A stretch of DNA of 64,000 nt from Eledone cirrhosa (taxonomy: Eukaryota), in NCBI GenBank assembly GCA_964016885.1, contig OZ024758.1, positions 19,344,001 through 19,408,000 of the forward strand. Direction: 5' to 3'. The position numbers and the translations under genes were made by a program. Positions 1 to 14,819 of the stretch are shown here, piece after piece (positions within the stretch are counted from its first letter, which is position 1; every line of letters begins with the position of its first letter). Under the pieces are notes generated by a model that worked only from the letters and a program-made list of their open reading frames with translations, made no database searches and had not been told where the DNA came from.

Positions 1-4
1 TTTG

Positions 5-632
<628 letters not shown>

Positions 633-763
633 GAAGTTCTATCTAAATTGTTGGGATTCAACAAGCAAATATGTTTATAACTGATATAAAGCACTCAACA
701 CTTTATTGGAGTAAAAATACGATATATTAACAAATGGAAAGTATATTTATAAAACCATATTTA

Positions 764-823
764 TTTCATTACATATATTTCAAGACACCAAGTTAAATTA
801 TGGTGTGCTTTCATCAGATAAAA
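764..823 (-). ncRNA. Type I hammerhead ribozyme (family B)
   Basis: Minus strand TTTTAT-CTGATGA-AAGCACACCA..TGGTGTCTT-GAAAT-ATAT-GTA-ATGAAA: stem I TTTTAT/ATGAAA and palindromic loop III. Confidence 0.75.
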
Positions 824-999
824 TATAATATAGATCAGATTTATAAATAAATATTGACATACCCTTTTTTTCTCTCTTTTTTCTTCTTTCTCTCTTTCTC
901 TTTTTCTCGTTTTTTAATTTTCCTCTTAAAGCTACTTTTTTCTTTTTTTCTTTTTTTCTTTTTTCTATTTCCCTCTCTCCATACCCCGACGGCTTATTT

Positions 1000-1066
1000 T
1001 AAATATATTAAATATATTAAATATATTAAATATATTAAATATATTAAATATATTAAATATATTAAA
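1000..1066. repeat. 9-bp tandem repeat (AAATATATT)x7
   Basis: Directly visible. Confidence 0.9.
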
Positions 1067-1069
1067 ATA

Positions 1070-1463
1070 GAAAAATGAACACAAACACACACAGACACCC
1101 GGATGTGGCGCATGCGCAAACTGAGCACGCAACCCACACACAAACAAAATGGCGTAGGATAGAAGAAAGGAAAGGCACAGAAACGAAGAAAGAAATCCCC
1201 AGTCACTGAAGAGGTCACAGAGTGTGTGACGAAAGAACTATGACTATATATATATAAACAACTATCTGGTTGTGGAACCAACCAACCAACCAGAAATTTA
1301 TAAATTTGTAAATTTATAAATATATATTAAATTAAATTGAAGTGAAAGCAACTGGTGCGTGTGTTTCTTATTGGCAACATGACCCTCCCAAAGTATAACA
1401 ATATCGGTTTCAACACACGATTTCAGATAAAGAATCTTGCTAAACAAATTCAGAAACGAAATA
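1070..1463 (+). mobile_element. PLE pseudo-LTR piece, family A
   Basis: Closely similar to 50836-51230 and 261-568. Confidence 0.85.
1201..1245 (+). ncRNA. Minimal type I hammerhead ribozyme (family A)
   Basis: AGTCA-CTGAAGA-G-GTCACA(GAGTG)TGTGAC-GAAAG-AA-CTA-TGACT: 5-bp stem I, 6-bp stem II, CUA triplet. Confidence 0.85.
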
Positions 1464-1514
1464 AATATGGTTTTATAAATATAGTTTCCTTTTGTTAATA
1501 TATCGTGTATATAT

Positions 1515-1593
<79 letters not shown>

Positions 1594-1602
1594 CATATAT
1601 AT

Positions 1603-1745
1603 AATTGTTTCTACTTTTGGCAGAAGGTCAGCAATTACTGGTACTTTATTTTATCGACCCTGTAAGGATGAAAGGCAAAGTTAACCTCGACGGAATTTGA
1701 ACTGAGACCGAAATCGGACGTATCTATGCTAGAAAGCATGGCGAA
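1603..1745 (-). mobile_element. tRNA-derived SINE (partial)
   Basis: Reverse complement of GTTCAAATTCC B-box-like motif and GCCTTTCATCCTTAC.GGGTCGATAAAATAAAGTACCAG central domain shared by ~15 copies. Confidence 0.85.
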
Positions 1746-2905
1746 TATGAACAAAGTGGAGATGTTACATAGGATATTTATTGGTCAATCCTGGTTTTAA
1801 ATGTTTCTTAAGCAGCTGGCTCGTGATCTGCTATGGCAGCCCCGGATCAGACACCAAGCCTGCCTGATCCTCAGCCCAGTATTAACACAACAAAAATCAC
1901 ATCTTATCCGTGGATGAACCAGCAAAGACACAGACAAGGATATAGAATGACAAATGTATATCATGATTGTGATGAATTCGTTTCGTCTTTGAAGATCAAC
2001 TATACAATACGAACATGCAGTTTACCAGTGCGTGTGATATTACACACTACCATGTGTAGCATAATCTCTCTCAAATCACACAATATTACCTTTATAGAAT
2101 GGAACAACACTTTAGTGAATGTATTAAATAGACAAATATGAAATGTGTAGAAATGTCTAGATATAGAAAAAAAAAAAAAAAAAATTTCTACAAATTTCAT
2201 ACTTGATGACCCAAAATATACACTGTTAATAACAACACATTATACGACCTTATACGAAAAATATTAAATTCTAAGGTGTTTATTGCTAGCTAATTTACTT
2301 TTATTAATCACCGTAAAACTAAAATAATATTGGCCTCTTATCACCCTATTTTATGATGCCTTCAATTATTAATGGCATCTCATTTCTTTCCAAATTTTAT
2401 TTTCCTCATAAACCTGTCTATTTTTTGGACCTCCGCCAATTCCTATGACAGGTGTTTCAGTTGTTCTGAGTAATGAACTAGGGGAAATACCTCTCTTGAA
2501 ATTAGCATGCAAGTGGCTGAGCATCCTAATAATACTTTAACCATTAATGAATTTTCAGGTAAATCCAACATGCCATTGTGTAACAAAGCTCATCAATGTT
2601 GGCCATACGTGAATCCATTTTTGTAATCCGAGTTACATGGAGTAATGTGAATAAAGCGTTTTGAGCAAGAAATCTTGTGACGAATTCCTTAACTAGTGTG
2701 CGAGACATAATCACCATTTAGATCTGCATTTTAATAACACGGATGAACTGTACAATAGTGTTTATTCAAATTATTAACAATTGTTTCATTAGTCCGGTGC
2801 GTATAAATATCGCTGTTCGTCAAATGCTACGCCACTCGATGTTAAATACACACCCCCACACAACATACACATACACATTCACACACATACACATGCACAC
2901 ATACT

Positions 2906-2949
<44 letters not shown>

Positions 2950-2976
2950 CGTTATTCCGGGTTGAATCGGAGGTAA

Positions 2977-3029
<53 letters not shown>

Positions 3030-3074
3030 AGGAGATATCAATATATCATCGTGGAATTTTTTGATTAGGTGTGT

Positions 3075-3420
3075 AAGCTCTATTGGACTTGTGTTTGAGA
3101 CAAATGGAAGATGTTCAAATAAATTTAAATGATGAATAGATCTTGGAATGTTTGTTGAGTTAGAAGTATAGAAAATTATGAAAAGCAAAGGAGTGCTGCA
3201 TAGAACAAAGAGATTTGTCTTACAAATCAATGTGTTGTATTGATTTATTGAAGCGAAATGTACAAAGTTAACAAGAACGTTGGAAGGGATTTGATGCATT
3301 CGCAATGTGGTGCTGGAGATTGTGGAAAATAACATGAATAAAAAGGAAAGGATCTTCTTTGCAGGAAATAACATTTTGAAAGCTTTAAGTATCAAAGAGT
3401 AAGATTCTGTGGTCATAGTA
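3075..3420 (+). pseudogene. Degraded RTE-clade LINE RT C-terminal fragment
   Basis: Translates in pieces to TNGRCSNKF.. and DAFAMWCWRL, like the RTE motifs 'G.CS.EI..R' and 'EAFEMWCWRR'. Many stops. Confidence 0.45.
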
Positions 3421-3788
3421 TGTGTGCACATGCCATTTAAATGAATATCGTTATTAAAAGAAAAGGCTGAAGGTTAAAGAGAGGATAATGAAAAATAATA
3501 GAGGATTGTTTGGACATTAAGCCCCAAGAAAAACAGAAACAATAAGAATAAAATGAAGAGAGAGGGTAGGAGAAGTTGCAGAGGAACGTTGAGGTGAAAT
3601 ATAGCAGCGGGAAATATTATTATTAACATTTCTATATTTACTATTTACTCTTCAACATTCATGTCTCGTATTTGGTTATCATACGTACTGGGTCGATGCA
3701 TCTAACACGAGTAATGCACTGGCGTTGATTTAATCGACATTCTCTTCCCCCAAAATTGCTGGCCTATTGCCTACAGTAAAACATCATT

Positions 3789-3873
<85 letters not shown>

Positions 3874-3893
3874 AAATGGTAAACAGAAATAAC

Positions 3894-4081
3894 TCTTTCT
3901 ACATATGGCACAAGGCCAGCAATTACCCAGTACATTAATGGTACTCTATTTTATCGACCCCGTAAGGATGGAAGGCTAAGTGAACCTCGGCGGGATTTGA
4001 AATCAGACAGTAAAGGCACGTAAATATCTGCTGGAAAGCATGGCGTCCGACTCTCTACCGATACTGCCGATCCACCGCCGT
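3894..4081 (-). mobile_element. tRNA-derived SINE, full length, with 14-bp TSD
   Basis: TSD TAAACAGAAATAAC at 3880-3893 and 4082-4095. The uninterrupted target is seen at ~14003-14020. Confidence 0.9.
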
Positions 4082-4315
4082 TAAACAGAAATAACAACAC
4101 TATCGGTACAGTATATGGAATGGATATATTAGGTTAAGGCTTGATAAAGCGTATATACGCTTGATATGACGTAATTATTTATTAAAATAACAGATTAAAA
4201 TTTAAGCAAAGAATCGCAGCTTTCGCAATTAACCGGATCTTCTGAAAGTAATATATATATATTATCCTTATCGAGCCCTGTTCGGAATTTAGTCTTCACG
4301 TTTATTATTATTACT

Positions 4316-4329
<14 letters not shown>

Positions 4330-4349
<20 letters not shown>

Positions 4350-4501
4350 ACAGAAAAGGTCCTGGACGGCTGAGTTCCGGCCGTTTCGACAGCTAGATCA
4401 CCGGGTTCCTGACTCTTTTCATATTGGCCACTATACTACCCTAAGTATTGAGTACTCTGGTGCGTTATGGTCTACCTATTATCTTACCACACCCTCTTTG
4501 C

Positions 4502-4503
<2 letters not shown>
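4330..4503. mobile_element. Short (TA)n-inserted repeat related to 31538-31780
   Basis: Shares CACT.TACTACCCTAA.TATTGAGTA.TCTGGTGC..TATGGTC and GTTTCGAC.GCTA with the 31.5-kb element. Confidence 0.6.
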
Positions 4504-4546
<43 letters not shown>

Positions 4547-5343
4547 TGTATATATGTAACGTGGGAGAGAGAGAGTGTGATAGAGATAGAGTGAGATGAA
4601 TAAAGAGAGAGCTAAACACAGTGAGAGAGAGAAGAAGACATCGGTATGGCACATTCCTGTGTGTATATGTGTGTATTTAATCATGGTTATGTAATCTATG
4701 TTATGAAAATCCAACTATTGTGTCGTGTGTTTTACTATGCACAGTTGGTTATATGAACTAAATATCAAGTGCAATCATATTCATTGACAACATGCTTTTG
4801 AACGTTCAGATCGTATTTTCTGACACATTTATATCGTTCCAGTACATCATTTCGCTATAACAATGCATTTAAAGTTAAACCAAAATGATAATAGATATCT
4901 CTCCTCGTACCATGTCTAGTTATAATGAATCTTATGTCGTGTAAATATATCTTCTATTCGTCTGTCACTTTGTTAAACACTGAAAATGTATGTGGAGGTA
5001 AATAGGTATGAAATAAAATAAAAAAGTGATGCCATAGAATTTTAGTATATAATTATAATTCTCTATTTATTCTATTTCTTTCGAAATTTCCATGGGTGAC
5101 GCATTTATAGAGCCGTCAGTGTGTCGGATTAAATGAGTTGGAACTGTTTAACCCCCTCTGAATTTTAGTCCACCGAAATCAACTGTGCATTTCACCCTTC
5201 ATACAAAATATCGGCCAAGGTAGGGTGGTAGAATCCTTGACAAAATGCCTTATGTGTTTTGAGTTTAAATTCCTCCTAGATTTTACGGTCAGTTGATAGT
5301 AGCAGCAATAGTATCATTGGATTATTGATCCATTTTAATCACC

Positions 5344-5500
5344 GGTTGCTTCTAGTTTACCAGGTTTAATATATCGGGTTACAAATGCATTAAAGGTTAC
5401 TTCTAGTTTCCCAGGTTTAATATATTGAGATATAAATACATTACAGGTTGCTTCTAGTTTCCCAGGTTTAATATAATGAGATTCAAATGCATTAAATGTT
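5344..5500. repeat. 51-bp minisatellite x3
   Basis: GGTT(G/A)CTTCTAGTTT.CCAGGTTTAATATA.. starts at 5344, 5395 and 5446. Confidence 0.85.
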
Positions 5501-7139
5501 ATTAGTGTACACTATAGTACAAAATCAAGTTAGTATTTACACTGCACAATAACAGATCTTGTTTATGTAAAATATGTAATTTTCAGTTTCTTTCATGGCA
5601 CATGTCGTCTATTTAATGGTCCTAGTGTAGGTGATTTAATCTACCCAGTGTATTAATTGTATTGATACGATCTGCTATCAATAGGTAATACATATATCGA
5701 TCTCTAATACAGCAGAATCACTTGTAACCATGCTATGTAATGTAATGGATTTCGTCAAGCAGACCTAACCCTTTATAGGCCATCATGCATGCGAATATTA
5801 AATAGCTACATAATTGTTTTCTTAACATGTATTTGAGATTTTATGACAACATTCATTTTATAAAGAATAACATTATCTTGATAAATATATATTTACAAAA
5901 TGCACTACATACTCTCATCACATCGTTCAATTTGTGGAATGTTTTTTCACTGATTGCATTAATGGAAAGGTAAAACTATTCTTAATATTCTACGCGAATA
6001 TTTTATTGTAAGTAAAGTTTTCTAACTTTAACGCGTGGACATGAAAAAAGAAGCCTCTATGTTGTCGTAAACACATATGAAGTGCGTCTATATTAATTGT
6101 ATGAATTACCGTTATGTTAACAATTATGAATGCTGTCATTAATAATTGTTACAGCAGAGAAATGTATTCTATATTATATTTACATTTTAGTAATATTCCT
6201 TCACACTAGAATGACTGTAGTTTTCAATTAGCAATAGCATACAGCATTAATTACAGTGGAAGCTCATTGAATTACGGAAGACATGAACATGCTGATAGTA
6301 CATGACAGTTATAAATACAAATACACACGTATTATTCGTTATGAATATCTATAACTATAAATTAAATAACTAATCAAGAAACGAAGCGATTATCCAAACT
6401 GTAATGCAGATTTGATTATCTTACGTTCATTACTTTCTCGGAGGTATTAAATATTTTTTGGCATGATATAGTTGTTTTGTTGAATCGGTTTCACTGAAGG
6501 CCACTCTGTTGGAAAGTCATAAACTTCAACTCTTTGCACACCCCATCGTTTGTTTCCTATGGAACGTAATATGCATATAAATAATATGTAAGTAAAATCA
6601 TTTTAGAACAAGTTCTATATAAGAATAAGAATGTAGTATTTTAACTATATATTTAGTTTAAGTGAAAATCAGTAGAATATAATGTCAGATACACATTTTA
6701 AGTATAGTTGTATATATAAAGGACGATATGCAATAAGTAATGATATTAGCTGTGTGCTAGGAAATCAAAACTTCTCATATATTTGCCACGATATTTAAGT
6801 ATGGCGATAACATGTTTAATACAATAAATTATATATTTTAATTCCCCGAGTGAAAATATGCTAAAATACATAATTCAATTTATTGAAAATAACGAAATAT
6901 AACATATATCATATTTGCTGTAGGTTTAAAATCTCTCTTCAGTTTCCAAATAAATATACTTTTCGTATTGTACCATCGAGACGGTGTACTCTATATGGGT
7001 AATGTTATATACATACTTGCTAATTTCATTATGCAATGCGATGATCTTTATGTTCGGTATATCGTGGATATGCACCTGAAGTGTCGTGCTTCACTAACTT
7101 GTTAGACAAGCGCTAGCTGGAGCTGTACAAGCCACGACA

Positions 7140-7620
7140 GAATCATGGTATTCATCGACCACCTGTGACCGTGAACGGCCAATATTAAGGTAGAAGTTGA
7201 ATTAGACCATTTCTACAACAATCAGATGTTGTCCCATCACTAGTAGACATTCATTTTCGGGTTGTATCATCAGAGTGTGGAAATGCATAGATCCCGTCCA
7301 GGGTGCTTACCTATACATGCACTTATGGACGACCACAGAAACATTTCTACTATAAACGTCTACGATATGTTGACAGGAATGATGAGGAACGTGAAGGCTT
7401 GATTCTAGTATTATTCTAGAATTACTTAGAACAAAGTTGAATGTATGATAGTAATTGAAAAGCTCAACCTCCAAATTACTTTCATGTCAAAGGATTCTTT
7501 CCTGAAAGAATACATCCTTGCTCAAAGATTGAAGCGAGGCATTTTTCCCGCTAAAGTGATTCTTATTCGAAACTGCCAGAATACGATATTGTCATGACTG
7601 CTCTGAATATTATATGGTGA
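7140..7620 (+). pseudogene. Highly degraded mariner-like transposase remnant
   Basis: Fragmentary translations (RPPVT.., LMDDHRN.., DEEREGL...RIT...*MY, ..VILI..) follow the motif order of mariner transposases, with many stops and frameshifts. Confidence 0.3.
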
Positions 7621-8244
7621 GAAGTACAGTTATGAGATGATGTTTGAAACAAATTAATTGAATAGCCATTTTTAAGCTAGTAGGAAATATTTTTTCTACT
7701 AATGACAAACATGTAAATCAAATGTAGTACACCATTATTTAGTAATTCTCATTGTGTCAGCGTAGAAATTTATTTTCAATCTACTCCCAAATATATTAGT
7801 TACTTTGGTATAGTTTTCAGTTAGTTCATATAGTTATCTCATTTCATCACCACCGCAGACACCATTACCACAACTACCACCACCATAGTATAACGCCACT
7901 CTTAATGATTTTTCACGAAAACACATTTCCGTAATGGAACAAACTGTAGTTGAATGAATAGGAATAGTGATGGTTAATCAAATTGTGTGATGTAAAGTAA
8001 AACTCGTAAAGACACCATAATTGAGAATATCAATTGCTAATGTATTTAAGTACGTAATAACATGCTTCATAATGTTCCTTCTTAAGCAGAGTTTATTATA
8101 GAAGAAAGAAGGCCTTAAATGTTGCTGATAAGAAATAAATTTGAGGTGAAAATGATTTATTGTAAGATATGATGCAGTTATAACTGATGCTTTGGAAAGA
8201 GGTAAGCTTGGTGTATAATTAGTTGTATTATTAAAACATATAAC

Positions 8245-8832
8245 GGCGTTACATTAGCAGTATTGGTAGAGGGTCGGAAGCCATTCTTTGTAGCATAGAG
8301 CTACGGCCCTTTACGGTCTGAGTTCAAATCCCGCCGACGTTAACTTTGTTTTCCATCCTTTCGGGGTCGATCAAATAAAACATTAATAACGTACTGGGGT
8401 TGATTTAATCGACTTTCCTCTCCTCTCAAATTACTGGCCTTGTGCCTATACTAGAAATCATTATTGAAACATATGTAAGGGTGTCGGACTGGTAGTATCG
8501 GTAGAGGGTCGGAAGACATACTTTGCAACATAGAGTTAAAGCCATTTTCGGTCTGATTTCAAATCCAGCCGAGGTTAACTTTACCTTTCATCTTTACGGG
8601 GTCGATAAAATAAAATACCAGTCATCCACTGAGGTCGATAAATCGACTTTCTCCTCCCCCAAAATGCTGGCATTGTGCCTATATAAGAAACTATTATTAT
8701 AACCTATGTAAAGTTCGATGGATTAGCAGAATTGAGAGAGAAACGGAGCACATGCATTACAGTATTTTTCCCATCCCTTTGTGTTATGAGTAGAAATTTT
8801 GCCGAAAGAAAATGTATTGCTTTTCATCCTTC
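8245..8832 (+). mobile_element. Three tandem SINE copies (8245-8464, 8479-8700, degraded 8712-8832)
   Basis: Repeated head GGCAGTAT.GGTAGAGGGTCGGA, B-box GAGTTCAAATCC, central domain and GCCTTGTGCCTATA.TAGAAA tail. Confidence 0.85.
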
Positions 8833-9576
8833 CGACAACGTAAACATTTAGTACTATTCTAACATTGCTGTCCTTTTAACCATGTTTCACTTTCGCCAAA
8901 AACCTACTACCCTTCTTTCAAAATTATGAATTAGTTTAAATAACATATCCCTGCTACAACATTCTAGATAATGTCGTGGACACGTTATGTACATCTGGAT
9001 ATATCCCTCCACAGGATTGTACAAATTGTTTGTAATCTCTGAAATAGTCACTGCTCTGAGATTTAAAGCTTCATGTTAGTGGTAACTTCACTATCATATA
9101 AATAAATTATAGTATGCAATATATAATAAAATATGTCTGCAGTGTAGGCATACCACGCGCTTCTACTATTGAAATACTAATCAATATTCAAGTTGTGTGT
9201 ACTTTGAGGTTGTCTTCTTTTGCTCTAAAGCATCAACGATTTTATTTTCCTGAATATAATTACCGGTAATATAATTCTCTAAAAACATTTTCCCCAAATA
9301 CCTCAAGGTAAAATAGCAGTCTTGCTAACAGAAATATGTATATATCAATGTAAAATATAACAGAGAATATATCACAGTTTTATAAACAAAGTATAGGTAG
9401 GTATATGTGATCAACCAAGTAATTGGTTGACAAAAATTCGATTTCTGTATGCACATAATCTAAAACCATATCCAGTCAGAACTGTTGGTGGAACAATTTC
9501 AAAAATATAGACTCTGCAGATTAAAGTGAATCTTCTAACTGAATCATTGTATATGAAACAAAAGTGTACGCGAAAA

Positions 9577-9752
9577 ATCATTGTTTCTAATTTTGACACA
9601 AGACCAGCAAATAACCCAGTGCATCATTGGTACTTTATTTTATCGACCCGGTAAGGATGAAAGGGAAAGTTGACCTCGACGTGATTTGAACTCAAGCCGT
9701 AAAGGGACGTAACTACGCAGGAAAGCATGGTGTCCGACCCTCTACCGATAAC
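9577..9752 (-). mobile_element. tRNA-derived SINE
   Basis: Same family motifs on the minus strand. Confidence 0.85.
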
Positions 9753-10311
9753 CGACTCAGATCGTGATAATAACAGTAAGAAAAATAAGTTGACATTGTG
9801 AAAATATATGGAAGCTGGTTATGAGCACCACTAGTTTATCTGAGAAACACTGGTGCGTTTTGTATAATAAATATAAATAAATAAGGGATTCACATATGTA
9901 CTAAAATGAGTGAAAAACTAAAATGTATATCAACTTTTATAACCTAAGCAATCATTTAAAAAAATTACATTTACTTGTCTAAAATGGATACAACATGTTA
10001 TGGATATAAGATGAATAAAAAACGATGATCGAAATTTTCGGATGGTATTGAAAATGAGAATTGGATAGTAGTTTCAGTTGTTTTGTTGCTCTCAATTTTC
10101 ACCATGTAAATTACATTCAGCCACAACTGTAAACAACATTTTAACGGTTTTATAACAATGTAATTATGGCGGTGCTTTATTCTACTATCAAGTAATATAC
10201 GATAAAAGAATGAATGAGGAACAGAGAGATGATTGGGAAAGAGAGAGAGATAGAATGATAGAGTGAGAAATATGTAGTGGGGGTTGAAATAGACTGTGAG
10301 GGGGAAATAAT

Positions 10312-10336
10312 ATATATGCATGTATATATATGTATG

Positions 10337-10413
<77 letters not shown>

Positions 10414-10470
10414 TTATATATATGTATATATATGTATATGTGTGTGTGTATATATATATGTATGTATGTA

Positions 10471-10517
<47 letters not shown>

Positions 10518-10636
10518 GCATATATATTTATGTGTGTGTATATGTATATATATATGTATGTCTATGTATACATATATATGTATATATATGTATGTATATG
10601 AATATATATATATGTATATGTATATATATATATATT

Positions 10637-10671
<35 letters not shown>

Positions 10672-10672
10672 G
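10312..10672. repeat. Compound (TA)n/(TG)n microsatellite
   Basis: Directly visible. Confidence 0.95.
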
Positions 10673-11187
10673 ATTGTATGGTTACATGTACATGCATATG
10701 TATTGCCACACACACACACACACAGAGACTAGAGGAGAGGAGGAGTGAAAGTGAAAAAGAAAAGGAAAGATATCATCTGTTTTGTTTTATTTTTTGGTTT
10801 TATTTTGTTTATTACACTGTTATTCACACAGATATAAAGGAAAGACGCAGAAGGAAAATAATTGGAAAAATTTTAAACGGAACAGAAACAAGAGAGAAAA
10901 ATATAATTTGTATGGATGCATCAAAGCAATAGGAAGGTGCAATATTTGAAAACAATATACCAATAAAGAGTGAAAACACGTCACATATTAGAAAACGTTT
11001 TGTGAAAAATTAAATAAATAGTATTTTTTTTTTAGTAGAAGCAAGTAGATCTATATATAGGTAAGTGTAATACTACTTGCTTTTCTGCATGTATGGATTT
11101 CATATTACATGAAAGCAACACCAACGTATAAGCATCTCGCGTAGAAGCAATATATATCTTACTAAGCAAGAATCAAACAAGGATGGG

Positions 11188-11450
<263 letters not shown>

Positions 11451-11501
11451 TACCATGTATTCCGCTGTTTACGTATCACGTATTGAACATAAACACACAC
11501 A

Positions 11502-11537
<36 letters not shown>

Positions 11538-11541
<4 letters not shown>

Positions 11542-11870
11542 ATACTTGGGGAGGGCCATATTGTTGTAATAGTATTGCCAAAAATAGTAACAGAACACAC
11601 TCGCTGTTCCGTTGGTTTTCGCTTCTGCATATTTGATATCTCCATAGCTAATTTATTTGGCAATCAATGTCTATCATTGATTGGCCAACGGTTAATTATA
11701 CATATATAAACATATATATATAGTCTATCAAAGTTCTTTCGTCACACACCTGCAACACCATCAGTGGTACTGTTATGTTTCCTCCTGTTGTATTGTATTG
11801 TATTGTATTGTAATTTCTAAGCCATTTTGATTTCATTTATTTAATAATTTATTTATTGAACACAGTATAT
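11538..11870 (-). mobile_element. PLE pseudo-LTR piece, family D, with HHR (~11728-11767, minus)
   Basis: Homologous to 28072-28350. Minus strand reads CTGATGG-T-GTTGCA(GGTG)TGTGAC-GAAAGAACTT. Confidence 0.7.
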
Positions 11871-11877
11871 AGGTATA

Positions 11878-11952
<75 letters not shown>

Positions 11953-13542
11953 TGTGTGTGTTTATGTTCAATACGTGATACGTAAACAGCGGTATACATG
12001 GTATTAAGATGAAGGACCATATTTTCACTGGTTTCATCAATTGTTAAATATGATTTGCATTGCACTGAAATTCATATGTATATATTTCAGATAAAATATT
12101 CCTGTTATTCTGGTTTGTTGGATTGTTAAGCTTTCAAGAGAATAGTTGAAGACTTATATATCAGTTTTAAGCCACATAATACTATATATAAAGGAATGTT
12201 CATGAGAGAAGCTGCGAAAATTATATCGAATGCCTTTCTTTTAATCTAATTGTTTCAGCATTATTACAGATTTTCCTCACATTCATCGCAAATATCCCCA
12301 CAGCAATGATGATACAGAAAGACCAATTTTATGACATCTTAAAATCCTGAGAGGTATATTTAACCCTATCATATGGTGATGACTCAAGGCCTAGGTCATA
12401 TAGTCACCTACAACGAATTGGATTTGGGTTTGGGTGTCCGTTGTGGATGTTTCAATTTACTCACATTTACTACTAGAAGGAGAGGCAAATCATACATGAC
12501 TGACCAACTGAAAACTACTGAATGTGGCAGAGTTTGTAGTAGTGGTGTGTGAAGTAATTTACAGTATACAGAAGCAATTTCCATGATGAATAAATAGATA
12601 CGAACAATACGATCTGAAAAATCGCTATGAACATATGTTACAATATCTGACTGATAAAATGACAATTCGGTCAATCATATTGGTGGCCTCCCCACAGCCC
12701 CGACGGAGGTAATGGAGAAGGCGTTTCCTCGGACGACAGCATGGTAGATGCGCTGGAATCCATTCCAGCTCGCGAGGCTCACACCTGCGTCTGGTCACCT
12801 CAGCGATTATGGTGGTAAGTAGGGAGAAGTCCCTAGGGCCGAGGACACCAGAAGTCTACACTGACAAAGTTACAACCGCAAACCTGTCGGAGAGCAACCG
12901 GTATTTGAAGAGTTAGGCCACCTCAGCCCATCATGCAGCAGAACCTGGGTTAGTCGCAGACTGCACCAGATTGCGGCTGGAGAAAGTAACTAATAAATTA
13001 TATCCTGAGATGAAATGAAAATTCATCATAATTTCTCTATGTTAATGACGAAATGTCAGTTTGAATCATGTACTAATCCAATAGAAAAGGTGAGCCTATC
13101 AATATGTAAGTATTTAACTGATTTAACATAATTCAATACCTTCCATGAAGCTGTTTTACTATATAAGCCCATATATATCAGTTGGTAGACTCAAATAACT
13201 ACCACATAGGGCACATAGATTATAGGATTACTATATAAATGATATTATAAAATATTTTGAGAAACAAGGAATATATATTCAATTGTCAATTATCACTATA
13301 AATATAGCAGATGCATTTTATATATGTACTACATAAATACTAAGTATGGTAGGAAAATGTTGTATATTTAAATAAACTTTGATACATGTATGTATATATA
13401 CACACATAAATATATACATATATACCCCCACACACACATATATATATATATACATAATTGGTGTGGGATGCTGAAAGCGTCCGTAAGCGGCAGGCTGTCT
13501 GAGCAATCGATGATCTTAGAGAGCAGAGTATGGTTTCACCTG

Positions 13543-13632
<90 letters not shown>

Positions 13633-13996
13633 AAAGTTAAACAATATTCAATGAATAAATCAAAGAATAAGATTTACAATAGATTGGAGCACTCAACCGT
13701 ATCTTGTTTTCCAGAGTATGTATTAAATATTTTTCTCATGTTCTCAATATTAAGGTATATAAATATTGAGTTTTGTCATATATTACTCACTGCCATGACT
13801 GATTCTTAACCATCTACTATGTCAGGGTATGTCATGCATCATCTTATTTTATCTAATGAGGAGGTACTGCTGAAGTTAACTCACTACCTCTGAAATATGT
13901 ATAATAAAATATACTTGATCACAAGAATATCTATTTTGTTAATATTTTGAATTAATATATATATATACATATATGCATGTGCGCGTGTGTGTGTTG

Positions 13997-14130
13997 AAAA
14001 GGTAAACAGAAATAACAACGCAGTCGGTACAGTACATGGAAGGGATATATTAGGTAAACGCTTGATATACAGGAACAGGGTCTTAATGTATCGGGCGCTA
14101 GACCTTCATCAGAAAAAAGAATGAGAAGAA
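13997..14130 (-). mobile_element. PLE-type fragment with degenerate HHR (14086-14112)
   Basis: Minus strand CTGATGA-AGG(TCTAG)CGCC-CGATAC: a typical Penelope HHR with GAAA mutated. Homologous to 3878-4150. Confidence 0.55.
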
Positions 14131-14294
14131 ACATAGGTGCATTAATATATTTCTATATACCGTTCCTTCTCAACTCTGGTAGTACGCTGTCGTCAATCTA
14201 TATGATAGATAGAGTTGTTTTTCTTTTACTTTTAACTTTACTATAACCATTATCTAATTTATTACAAAACCTCTAAATATTGCCCTTTATCGAA

Positions 14295-14330
<36 letters not shown>

Positions 14331-14333
<3 letters not shown>

Positions 14334-14762
14334 ATTAACAAATGGAAACTATATTTATAAAACCATACTTATTTCATTATACGTATTTCAAGGACACCAA
14401 GTTAAATTATGGTGCGCTTTCATTAGATACAATATAATATAGAGCAGTTTTATAAATAAATATTGACATACTCTTAAAGAATGCAACCATTACTGTTGGA
14501 GGCTCCCGGATAGTAATGGTTGCATTCTTTAAGAGTATGTAAATATTTATTTATAAAACTGCTCTATATTATTTGTTATCTAATGAAAGCACGCATTAAT
14601 TTAACTTGGTGTCCATGAAATATGTATAATGAAATAAATATGGTTTTATAAATATAGTTTCCATTTGTTAATATCGTATTTTTACTCCAATTAAATGGTG
14701 AGTGCTTTATATCAGTTATAAAATATTTGCTTGTTGTATCCCAACAATTTAAATAGAACTTT

Positions 14763-14764
<2 letters not shown>
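14331..14764 (+). mobile_element. Palindromic family B element in (TA)n
   Basis: 14331-14494 is inverted at 14512-14675. Each arm carries an HHR copy with a CTAATGA (mutated) core. Confidence 0.8.

Positions 14765-14813
<49 letters not shown>

Positions 14814-14819
<6 letters not shown>

Larger units (their letters stand above)
632..1506 (-). mobile_element. PLE-derived element, family B, fused to/interrupted by a family A copy
   Basis: 632-865 matches 14331-14764 and 23571-23896. 1458-1506 is the inverted copy of 719-767. (TA)n on both sides. Confidence 0.75.

Noticed and set aside
5344-5500. Regularly spaced repeats as a CRISPR-like array
   Set aside because: Whole units are similar with no unique spacers: a eukaryotic minisatellite.
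8245-8464. tRNA genes at SINE heads
   Set aside because: Only A/B-box-like motifs, no cloverleaf, and always attached to the SINE body.
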